From the IMG/VR virus record IMGVR_UViG_3300016471_001099, positions 32,001 to 96,000 of that record: a stretch of DNA of 64,000 nt. One strand, 5' to 3'. Source of the stretch: a virus. Below, in pieces: positions 7,713-19,000 of this stretch (the stretch's first letter is position 1; each line of letters starts with the position of its first letter). The notes below the pieces were generated by a model. That model saw only the letters and a list, made by a program, of their open reading frames with translations. It did not search any database and was not told the DNA's origin. Position numbers and translations under genes: made by a program.

Positions 7713-9935
7713 ATGGCTTGGAACTCTCGCTCCAACAAGGGCATAAATAGCGACAGGGCGAAGACGCTCAACCCCGGCGCCCCGGTCGCTTACAACCCGT
7801 CTCAGGTCGGCAAGCCCTACAGGGACTCGTGGGACATAGAGCGGGCGTATCGGGAGGGATTCCAAAAAGTAACTTGGGTGAATCGCTGCATCGATGCGAT
7901 TGCCGGCAATCAATCGCGCCTACCGATAGTTCTGCGCGAGGACAACAGTCCTTCGGGTCGGATAGTAAAGAAGTCCGATAGAAAAATTTTGGATATTTTC
8001 AACACCAAGACGAACATGGGCGAAAACTCGTTCGTCTTCAGGTACAGGCTCTCCTCGCAATTGTTGATGTCTTCGCGCGGCGCCTTCGTAGAAAAAATCA
8101 GGGGACGAGACGGCGAGTTGATCGCCCTGCAGCTTTTGCCGCCCCAGCACACCGCTCCGATACCGGATCCGAAAAAGTTCGTTTCTGGTTTCGAAGTCGA
8201 TATGCGAAACGGAACCAAAGTGGTTCTCAAGCCCGAAGACGTCGTGTGGATCAGAAAACCGCATCCGCTGGACCCGTATCTTTCGCTGACCCCGATGGAG
8301 TCGGCCGGCATCGCCATAGAAATAGAAAACCTGTCCAAGCTGTACAACAGAAATTTCCTCCTAAACGACGGTCGCCCCGGCGGTCTTTTGGTCGTAAGGG
8401 GAGAAATAGACGACGACGACAAGGACGAATTGCGTAGTAGGTTTCGCGGAAACGTCAATAGAGCCGGTGCGGTGACTGTTCTCTCTTCCGACGAAGGAGT
8501 CGATTTCGTCGACACCGGCCAAAGCCCGAGAGACGCCAATTACGTGCAGATGCGTCAAATCCAGAAGGAAGAAATACTCGCGGCTTTCGGAGTTCCGGAG
8601 TCGGTGATCGGAAACGCCGCCGGAAGAACTTTCGCCAATGCCGCCGAAGAACACAAGGTTTTCTGGAACGAGACGATGCTTCCGCACCTGGAGACGATCG
8701 CAAGGGCGCTCGACGAACTCGACGAGGAGTACTACATAGACTTCGACGTCACCGACGTCCCGGTTCTCGTTTTGTACAAGCAGGAGCGAGACAGGTACCT
8801 TATGAGCGAGTATCAAACCGGCCTAATAAGCGGCAACGAGTACAGGGAGGGAGCGGGTCGCAAGGTAATCGATTCGGAGTTGATGAACGCGATGCTCGCC
8901 AATCCGAACCTCACGCCGATCGGATACACGAACAAGAAATTCGTCCAGCAACAAATGGGCGCTCCGGGAATGCCCGGCGCGGTGCCACCCGCCGGAGCAC
9001 CCGGCGGTCCGATGATTCCCGGAATGGGAGCCGTTCCTGCCGTCCCCGGGGCACCCGCCGTCGAGGGCGTGGCGCCGACGGCGCCGCAGGAAGGCATGAC
9101 GGCGGCCATCCAAGCCGAGGAAGTGGCGGCCGCGCAAGCCGGCCAAATGTCGCAGGCCTCGGCTTTCGGAAATCAAATAACGACCAAATCGCTCAGGGAC
9201 GACTGGGACGAAAAAGCCGAAGGATCGCTCGATAGATGGGTGGAGATACTCGACTCGGCGCTGGAGCGATTCGTGGAGCGTCAGCAGAGAGTGATCCTCG
9301 AGAAGGCGGCCGGATCCAAGTCGCGCAAGGCTCTCGAGGCTGGGAACTTGGACTACGAAAACATATTCGATCAAAGAGTTTGGGACAAGCAATTGGCGGA
9401 AGACATGAGGCCCATACTCAGCGGAATCATGAACGACGCGGCGACGATAGTTTCGCAGGAAGTCGGCATGCAGGCGGAAATAGACGAGAAAGAATCGGCG
9501 GAGCACCTCAAGGAGCAAATCGAGAGGTTCCAGCAAGTCAACGCGACTACGGCCAAGGAAATACAGGGTGCGGTTTTGATATCCATGTCCCTCGGCGACG
9601 GAGAGGACAAGATGGGAATGTTGAAGGCGGCCCTTCTCGCCATATTCGTGAATCTTCTGGCGAAGCGAAAGAGGGTCATCGCCGAGCACGAGTCGCATGC
9701 GGCGTTCAATGCCGGGTCTTTCTACGCCGGCAGATCGGTCGGAGCCGCCACCAAAACGTGGGTTTCGGAGAAGGACGCAAAGGTGAGGCCGGAGCACGCT
9801 TCGCTCCACGGCGATACCGTTTCCATGTACGAGCCGTTCGTCGTCGGCGGACAGACCATCATGTACCCGGGCGATCCGACGGCCCCGATAAACCTGACGA
9901 TGAACTGCCGTTGCAAGGTGAGATTCGGTTTTTAA
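7713..9935 (+). CDS. HK97-family portal protein fused to a C-terminal MuF (SPP1 gp7-like) domain
   Basis: Portal motifs RCIDAIAG, G.AF, NF..NDGRPGG, EILAAFGVP..VIG, F.N. C-terminal KTWVS..DAKVRPEH..LHG...FVVGG...YPGDP...NCRC. Confidence 0.92.
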   Translation: MAWNSRSNKGINSDRAKTLNPGAPVAYNPSQVGKPYRDSWDIERAYREGFQKVTWVNRCIDAIAGNQSRLPIVLREDNSPSGRIVKKSDRKILDIFNTKTNMGENSFVFRYRLSSQLLMSSRGAFVEKIRGRDGELIALQLLPPQHTAPIPDPKKFVSGFEVDMRNGTKVVLKPEDVVWIRKPHPLDPYLSLTPMESAGIAIEIENLSKLYNRNFLLNDGRPGGLLVVRGEIDDDDKDELRSRFRGNVNRAGAVTVLSSDEGVDFVDTGQSPRDANYVQMRQIQKEEILAAFGVPESVIGNAAGRTFANAAEEHKVFWNETMLPHLETIARALDELDEEYYIDFDVTDVPVLVLYKQERDRYLMSEYQTGLISGNEYREGAGRKVIDSELMNAMLANPNLTPIGYTNKKFVQQQMGAPGMPGAVPPAGAPGGPMIPGMGAVPAVPGAPAVEGVAPTAPQEGMTAAIQAEEVAAAQAGQMSQASAFGNQITTKSLRDDWDEKAEGSLDRWVEILDSALERFVERQQRVILEKAAGSKSRKALEAGNLDYENIFDQRVWDKQLAEDMRPILSGIMNDAATIVSQEVGMQAEIDEKESAEHLKEQIERFQQVNATTAKEIQGAVLISMSLGDGEDKMGMLKAALLAIFVNLLAKRKRVIAEHESHAAFNAGSFYAGRSVGAATKTWVSEKDAKVRPEHASLHGDTVSMYEPFVVGGQTIMYPGDPTAPINLTMNCRCKVRFGF

Positions 9936-10000
9936 AGATCGATAGATCGGTTTATTAAAACGAATATTAAAACCTTACGCTCATAATCGCCGTAGTCGTT

Positions 10001-10006
10001 TATTAT
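10001..10006 (+). promoter_or_regulatory. Putative -10 element (TATTAT), short-leader transcript
   Basis: TANNNT 10 nt before ATG 10017 in an AT-rich gap; no SD before that ATG. Confidence 0.3.
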
Positions 10007-10016
10007 GTAGCCAGAC

Positions 10017-13000
10017 ATGACGAACGAACAAGTTTCTCAGGAAGCCGACTACCTCTACAAGTCTTTGAACGCTCAGTTCAACATAGACGAAGCGCAGGGG
10101 ATAGTAGAGGCGTTCGTCGCAGGCATAGGAAACAAGGACTCCGTCGGAGACATATGTCTACCTGGTTGTTTCACGTCGTCGTTGAAGCGCAGAAAACCGA
10201 GAGTGGTTTGGGGTCACGACTGGAACTCCCCGATCGGAAAAGTTCTGGAAATTTACGAGGTGGGCCCCAACGATCCGCGTCTTCCGGCGAAGATGCGCAA
10301 GGCGGGGATAGGCGGGCTCTACGCGCGGGTTCAGTTCAACCTGAAGGCGGAAAAAGGCAAGGAAGCGTTCGCAAACGTGTCGTTCTTCGGAATGGAACAA
10401 GAGTGGTCCATAGGTTACAAAACTCTGGACGCCGTGTTCGATCCGGTTCAGACCGCAAACCTGCTGAAAGAAGTCGAGCTGTACGAAGTGTCGCCCGTTC
10501 TTCACGGCGCCAACCAATTGACGGGGACGATTTCCATAAAGGCCGATTCGGTTGAGGCCGAGACCAAGGAGAAGGCAGCCAGCAAGCCGGTTCTTCGCGA
10601 TCCGAAGGGCGGGTTGACGGCGGCTGGAAGAGCGCACTTCAAGCGAACCGAAGGCGCGAATCTCAAGCCAGGCGTGAAGGGTCCGGCCGACACTCCAGAA
10701 AAAATGCGAAGGAAGGGTTCGTTCCTGACTCGTTTCTTCACCAACCCCAGCGGTCCGATGAAGAAACCGAACGGGGAGCCGACGAGACTCGCCCTTTCCG
10801 CCGCGGCTTGGGGGGAGCCCGTTCCCAAGGACGCGTCCGACGCGGCGAAGTTGGCCGCCAAGGGAAGAAGATTGTTGGAGCGGTACGAAAATACCAAGAA
10901 AAAGAAAAAGGACGATTCCGACTCGGTTGAGAGCAAGAACCACGTCGCGGCGATATACGCGGCGATGACTTCTCCGCAAAACGAAGTTTTCGGTAGGGCT
11001 TCGCAGCTGACCAGGGCGCTGGCAACGAGATTCGGAGGGCCGGTCAGACTCGTCACGGCCGACAACGACATAGCCGTTTTCGAGATGGGCGCCGGCGACT
11101 CGACGGAGACGATGCGCGTCGCGTATCACTACGACGGAGACGAATTCATGTTCGGGACGGCACAAAAAGTCAAACCCGAAACCGTGTACATACCGGTCAA
11201 CGACTCCAACGCCGGGCAAATTCAAAACGGCGTGGCGATGGGCATATCGGCGGTCGAGGACAAGCCGGGATCGCATTGTTGTCCGGGTTGCGCGCACGGA
11301 GGCAACTGCGACGCCACCGTCGCGTTGGGGAACAATGAAAATCCGAAGATCGCGTTCCTGAAGCTCAAGTCGCTCGGCGATCAATTGGACTTCAAGGTCG
11401 TTCCGGTCGACGGAGGATTTGTCCTTCAGGGTTTTGGATTCCTCACCGAGGAAGCACAAAATTACGTCATCGGCAAAATAGAGAACGAACCGGAACAGAA
11501 GTTGCTGAATCCCGTCGGTAGTCTCGCCAGGAGGACGATAGGCGTTCCCAACGCCAGGGCATCGTTCAACATCGATACCAACCCATTCACGGCCAGAGAC
11601 GCGGACTTGGACAAATTGGTCCTCGAGGGAAACCCGCTCGTCAACCTGGGAAGAGGAATTCCCGACCCGACGCCTTTCGGGGCGCCCGACATCCCCGCCG
11701 TTGGGAAACCTGGCGTTCCCGAGCGTTACGTTCCTAACGTGGGCGGAAGAAGACCGATCGCTCCGAGAATGCCGGCGGTTCCCGAGCCTGACGAAATTCC
11801 GGAGCCGGCGAGGGAACCCAATAAGCAACCGAAGCCGGAAAGAACTCCGGTTACTCCGAGAAGGCCGAACAGAGAACCGGTCCCGGCTCCGGCTCCTCCG
11901 GAGAGAGAACCGGTTACCGAACCATCCGTGCCGCAACCCGAAAGAGAACCGGTCCCGGTTCCGAGAAGACCCGAAAGGGAGCCAACGAGGCCTACCGTAC
12001 CCGTTCCGCCGAGAAGACCCGTTCCGGTTGGAAGGGCGAGCAACGAGGACTTCGCAATAGCGGCGATGGGCGGAGGAAGGAGAACTCCGAAAGAACTGGC
12101 CGACGAGTTGGCCCAATTGGATTCGTCCGATCGTCCCAGCAGGCAAACGAGACAGCGCCGCGTCAGGGACGCCGGAATAGATCAAATGCGAAGGTTGGCG
12201 CTCCTTGACGACGCCGAAGCCGGAATGAGCGGACCCTACGGCGAAGGCAGAAAGTACGAAGAAATCGACAGTCTGATAGAGAGCCCCGCGCTCGACGGAG
12301 ATCGAACTCTGCACCTAGACCCAAGCACAGGAAAAATTTACGTCGCCGATCCGATCGAGAGAGAATACCTCTCGTCTAGGTTCGGAAACGATTATTTCCT
12401 GGAAAACGCCTACATGGACGAATGGGACTGGGATGAAATAGACAACGTCGGCTACGACGACATGGGCAACCTCGTAAGAAGGAGTCCGACCGGAGACGAA
12501 ATCATATTCAGCAGGGAACAATTTGGTTCGACCGGAACCGACGCCGGAATGGCGTCTCGCAAGACCTCCAGGAGCGAATCGGCCGATCTCGGAAGAAAGA
12601 TATGGCTGGAAAGAACGCACGACAGAATTTCGCTCGAGGAAGCCGGTAGGCGGAACGGGATAACGAGACAAGAGGCCAGGCAATTGGAGCTTCGTCACCA
12701 AAAATACTTGAGGGATCTCGGCGTCGATCATCCCAACAGAGTTCTTCGTTCGAAGGTGGACGACCCTTCGGTCGGGTTGACCGATGCGGAAAAGGATTTA
12801 TTGCGCAGGAGGCTCGACGGAGAATTGCTCCAGGAGGCCGCCGACCGTCTTCGTACGGACAGATACGCCGTCAGGCGAATGGAGCAACTTGCTCTCGCAA
12901 AAATGAGGAACGGAATGGCTGGGGACGAAACTTCGGCAGGTATGGCCGCTCGTTCCGGGGGCAGGGCGGTAGAAGCCGACCGCCCAAAAGCCCGACGGGC

Positions 13001-16000
13001 CAAAGGGCCCGTAAGCCGAAGAAAAAGAAACGCGGTTGATCCGACCTTTCTCCAAATACTCGATTCGCTGAAGGACAGCGGACCGACGAACATCACGAGC
13101 AGACAAAGAATACGGTTGGCGTCGATGATGCGCCTTCGCACGGCGATCCAAAACAAAATAAATTACATGTTGGCCACCGACGCAAGAAAGAGAAGATTGT
13201 CGAATCTCGGTCCGGAAATAGAGGACCTGAATAAAGGAATACGCGGACCATTCGAATCCCTGGCGGAGGCGGCCAGGCTCGCAACCGGTCGACCGTCGGA
13301 CCTCGTTTCTTCGGTCATGAAGACGGCCAACGGGGATCACGATCCGCTCGATCTGGACGGATCGATAAACGTTCAGGTGTTCGAAGCAATGCTGTCCACG
13401 GGTGGTGACGTGGCCGCCGTGGCGCGCACCATGGGAATGGACGAGGAAGTCGTAAAGATCAGGACAAATGCCCATGCCATGAGAGTTCTAGCTTCGTCGC
13501 GACCGGCGAAGATGAGAATTCACAGGCGAATCGAGGAGATGGGCGACAAACTTACTTCCAAAGAAAAAATCATGTTGCGAATGTGGATAAACGGAGCATC
13601 GAATCTAGACATCGCCGAAAAATTAGGTTCTGGAATGGACGAAAAATCCGTCATATCGTCCAGGTCGGCGGCCTTGAAAAAGATAGGAATAGACGTCGAT
13701 TCACCCGAACTGACCAGCAAGATAGTCAGCGGAAGAATTTTCTACGACGAGCACGGTTTGTTCTTCGGCCTCACCGACGAAGCCGGAAGAACTACGTACA
13801 ACAGAATCGGCGACGGTCCGTCGGCGGGAATGGCGAAAAGATCGACGAGCGTCGTCGAGGCGGATTTCGGCGACGGAAGAAGGGAATACGCGGTATCCAG
13901 GGTCGTAGCCAGGGACAGGTCCTCGGGAAACGAAGAGTCGGTCATGCTGATGCCATTGAGGGGCGACGACGAAACGACCGTTTCCGCCTTGGTTGGCAAG
14001 GCGTTGCTCGGCGACGACTCGCGAGGATTCAATCTCGAATTCCCCGCGACTTTGACGAAGTCCGGCGGCCGAATAGTCGCCGTTTCCGACGGAAGAGGCA
14101 AGGCGGTTCCGTATTACGGGGAAAGAGCGTTCGATCCGGGCGAGCCGGTGGTGATGGACGGTCCGTTGCGTTCCGCCAGGGCGAGGGCCAGAAAAATATC
14201 GGCGCTAAGGGAGAACGATACCGCTTCTCGAATAAAAACAGGTCAAGACGTGATCGGATCGGAGGCGAGATATTCAAATCTCGTCAAAGCCATGGACCGC
14301 TTGGTTTCCACCGGTGACTGGATAGGCGGGGATCTTGGCGTAACAGGAAGGGTTCCCGACGCCGACACGATGCTCAGGTACGGAATAGACGCCGACGTTG
14401 ACGGAAGTCCGATCGTTCCGTCCAACTCCAGCAGGGAGCAATTCGTGCTTCGCCAGGCCGAGTGGTTCCTGGAGAGGAATCCGAACGCCACCGCCGAAGA
14501 ACTCGATTCTTTCGTCGAGCAAGCGAACGAGGCAAGAATCAATCAAATAAGCAGGAAGATCGATTTGGCCGGAAAGGAACTTGCGAGAGTCACCCACGCG
14601 AGGGACTCGATGGAGGCGAGAAGGGCGCAAAACGTCGTGGATCTCGAAACCTTGGATCCCGAGATTGCGAGAGCACTTTCCGCGGAAACGGCCTTCATTT
14701 CCGGCTTGTCGGGAACGGAAATGGATTCCTCCGGGATTTCGCAAGGGGCGGACGGCTTCGTTTACGCGGTCCACAAAGGACCGGACAGACTCGCAGGAGG
14801 AGTACTCGATCCTTCTCGTTCCGTCGGTAGGGCCAGGAATGCGATCGACGTCGCCGGTCAGGGGGATACGAGGGGAGCCAACAGGATATACGTCGACCGT
14901 TTCGTCCAGTCCGCCAACGCCGAGTCGGAGATGGCGAAATTAGCCGACGATCTTTTGGCGTCGGTTTCAAGAGGGGACCGATCGATATCGGTCGCTCCGG
15001 CGATTCGAGCATCTCTAGCTTCGTATTCGCCGCTGATGGCGAGAGTGATGAACGGAGAAGGATACTTCAATTTGGAGAATTTCGACGAGGCAAGAAGATC
15101 CGCGATCGCCCTCGAAATAGGGAAATTCGCGTCGTTGCGGAAAGAACGATCCGAACGCTACGGAAAAATAATGGAGTCGTTGCGCAAGCACGGCGGGAAG
15201 AACATGGACCAGATTCTTTCGGCCGAGGCGGATCCCATATCCGCCCTGCTCTCCACGAATTTTTACGGTAGGTACGCCGACGACGACCTTCCCGAGGACG
15301 TCGTCGCGTTCAAACCGGGTTTCGTGGACAATTTGACTCGTCGTTGGGACCCGCTCGACGAGGAGATGTTGCGACGCTGGGACTCGACCGGATCCCTCAG
15401 GGGTGGCGCATTTTTGACCGTCGGCAGGGAGGATTCCGAAATAGTGAGGGGCGGTCTTCTCGGGCCGACTTCCGAGGCCCAGATAGTCGCCCCGCTCAAG
15501 CCGCTGATAGGTGTTTCCACACCGGTTTCCGTCCTGAGCGACGACAGCGAATCTCGCGCGCTCGTGTCGGCTCTCGGGCCGGCGATAGTTGCGAGAGCCA
15601 TAAAAATGCACAAGCGCGACGGTTTTGTGGACGTTGAAACCGTGCTGACCGACCCCGACTTGGCTCCGTCAGGATTCTCGTACGCCGAAACAGAAGCGGA
15701 GGCCGGAATGGCCGCGTTCGAGCCGCGAAGACCCATACTCGACGAGCGCGGAAGACTCGACCCGGTGCTCACTCGCGACGAGGCGATAGCCGACGACAGG
15801 GACGAAAGGGCAAGCGAAGGAGGCCAGATAGGTCGTCTTCTCGTTCCCCAATCTTCTTCCGTTTTCGTCGAGGCTCCGCCGAACGACCTGACGCCGGAAA
15901 CGAGAAGGGCTCAGTGGGCGGTCGGGTACACGGATTCGGTAGCAGACGTCATGCCGGAGCTCGGATATCCGCAAAGAATGGTTCACGTGGTTTCGCCGTC

Positions 16001-19000
16001 GGCATTGCCGCCCGACAACACCAAATTCCCGGTAGGCGACGAAGGGCAATTGCTTATGCTCGATCAGGAGCCGATAGATTTTCTCGCTCAGGCGTTGAAC
16101 GACGTAAACGGTTTGACGCGTGCCGAAAAAGAGGCGCAAAGAGAGGCGCTGGGCGACAGGGGATTCGATACGGAAGCCGACCCCGACTCGGACTTCACCC
16201 CGATCGAAAGATCACCCATTTATCTAGTAGTGGAAACCGTGAACGAACCCGACCTGCAGGGTCCGGGATACGACGGACGAAGAAGAACGAGAATCGTTCG
16301 CGTTCGCGAGATACCGAGAATGAGATTGTCCATGAGGGCCGACGACGATCAGCCCGGCGGAGGCCCGTATTGGAGAAGCCTGGATGCAGAGGCAGTGGCA
16401 CGGGGAGAGCCCGGGCGAACGACGACGGAAGGTCTCGGATTCTTGGATCTTTTGATAGACGTGGATCCAAATTGGGACGGAGATTTGGTTGACGACACGA
16501 GGGTCGTGCGCGTGAAGCCGGAAAACATCGTCGGCAGAATAGTTTCGGAATCGGAGCTCTGGAATACTTCCAGAATAACCAGGGAAATTTATTTAGGTGA
16601 AGGGGCGCGCACGGCTACGTACCGAAGACCGATCAGTCGTTTCGGGGACGAAACCGAGGCCGGCATGACGACCACGAAGAGAGGAATGGATCTCGTCGCA
16701 AGGACAAATAAATACCGCCCGAGCGAGGACGGAGAATACGTCATACCGGAATCCGTCATGCCCCGCAGGGATCAGGACAGGATGTTCGAGATCGCGCGGA
16801 CGATATCGTCCGGCGAATTCGATCCCCTTGACTGGAGGACCGAGGGAGAACTTGCGGCCCTACTGGAAAAAGCCGAAAACGTATTCCCGATCAAACCGAC
16901 TAGGCGCCATCCGCATCACGACGACGAGAGACTCGGTCGCCTGTACGACGTCACGAGAGCCAGGAACGGCTTCGTGTACCCGCTATACCGAAATAGGGAA
17001 GCGACGATGAACTTCAATTTCGGACAGCTTCTGAGTTTCGATCCGAATACTTCTGTCTACTCCTATTTGGATGGCGTGAATCCGGAGGTTTATTACTTCC
17101 CGGTGCGCATAGGCAGAACGACGTACGGCGCCGACGACTTTTCGTATCACCCTGCCTCGAGAATCGGATACGTCAGATTGATGCAAGACAAAAAAGGTCA
17201 TTACTACGAGATGAGGAAATGGAACCATCCGAACAATTCGGATCCGAATTCGTACGGATCGGCAATAAATTGGACCGACGACGGCGATTCTTTCAAACTA
17301 ATCGAGGAGGAAGGAAAATTCCATCTTTCTCGCAATAAAACCCTGGACGATCGTCTCGGTTTTCTGGGGGATTCGCCGCAAAAAATTCTTGCAGAAATAG
17401 CCAGGAGGGCCCCCACTTACCCCTCTGGGGAAACCTCATTCTGGGATTTGGCGATGAGGGAAACTCCATCCTTCGACGGAGACGGATATCCGACGAGACG
17501 CAGAACCGGTTACGCGGAACTTCCGGGGACTCCGACGGTGACCGAATCCACCGACATGAACGGCTTGCGACTGTTGATCGACGCCGCCAACAGGGACGGG
17601 GTCGGATTGAAACTTTCCGTCGTAGCGGGATTCAGGCCGGGAGAAAAATCGTATTCGAGGGTGACGGACAGCGAAGTGTTCATGCCCAGATTGGCCAGAG
17701 GAGAAATCGATCCGACGACGAGGGAATTCGTATCCGATCCGGACGGGATGGATCATTTGATCGGTTTTGATTCGTCCGGAACTGCGATTGCGCACGAACT
17801 GTCCGAAGTTTTGATGAATAACGAAACGAATCCCTCGTCGCCGAGGAGGTCCGTTGATCACTTCCCTGATTACGAAGACGGCGTAACGGAAGCCGGAATG
17901 TCGGCACCGATAGACAGATACGTCAGGACGACCGAGCCGACCAGGGACGACGAAGGAACTTCCGAGGGACGTCGCGAGGTTCAGATAGTCGATCTTCCGT
18001 CTACCCAATCGGCTAGGAACGGAGGAAATTACGACGACAGCCCCGCCTCGGTGATCGCGGCCGCCGTCGACAAAGTCAGGGCCATGGATTCGGACGCGGG
18101 AGCGGATTTCAACGACGAAAAACACGGACTTACTTTCTCGTACCCGAGCAGCATTAAGGGCACTACCGGGAAAAAGGAACTACGCAATAGAACCCTGATA
18201 AATCCGATAGTCGTTTACGGAGAGTACGACCCGGAGACGAACGAAACCTACATCCTCGCCACGGACGAGACCGGGGTTACGAGGCTCGTTCCGATGTCCA
18301 AAGTCGATTTGAAGGCGATGGTGGCCGGAGATCCGAACGCTGGCGACCATTCCGGAAATCCGGACGTTCAGGACGGAACCTATGCCACGTACGTCGTGGG
18401 CGAAGAAATCGTCGGCGGAAAAACGCAAACCAGAATATTCAATACCGAAAGAATGAAGCCCGTCCTAGGTTCTCCGAGGACGACCAGCGTCGTCGACGAC
18501 CAAGGTGCTCCGACGGGTCGGAGCGAAAGGATCGTTACGCAACCTCGCCCCACAACCACGGACGCGGAATCCGCACCGAGCATAGAAGCCAGCGATTCGG
18601 ACGATCCGTTCTTTTTGCAACACATGGAGCCACCGAGACCCCAGGCTTTCAACGCACAAACGACCATGCCAGTTGGGGATGGGGATGTGCAACTATTCCC
18701 AGGAACCGATAAGCCGACGGCATGGGAGGTGGCGAAAGGATTGGCGGCCGGTGATCCAAAGGCCATACTCGCTCGCAAGGCGGACGAAATGATGCTGTGG
18801 GACAAGATACGAAAAGGGATGCAAAAGTGGTTGAAACCGTGGGGTAAGCACGAATCAAAAATAATAAAGGACGAATCCGGTGCGCCAGTGATAAACCCGG
18901 CGAACGGATTGCCGTTTTATAGGAGCCCCTATAGAAAACCGTGGACTCCGTGGGGAAATCCGCTAGACGAAAACGGAAAAGAACTTTCCGATGGAATTCG

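Noticed and set aside
10158-12314. Long antisense ORFs (718 aa here; also 34156-35748, 8823-9809, 5096-5953 and others)
   Set aside because: These are shadows of real genes on the opposite strand, with no motifs and an Arg/Ser-rich frame-shifted composition.
17790-17810. AHELSE as a metallopeptidase motif
   Set aside because: The second His is absent.
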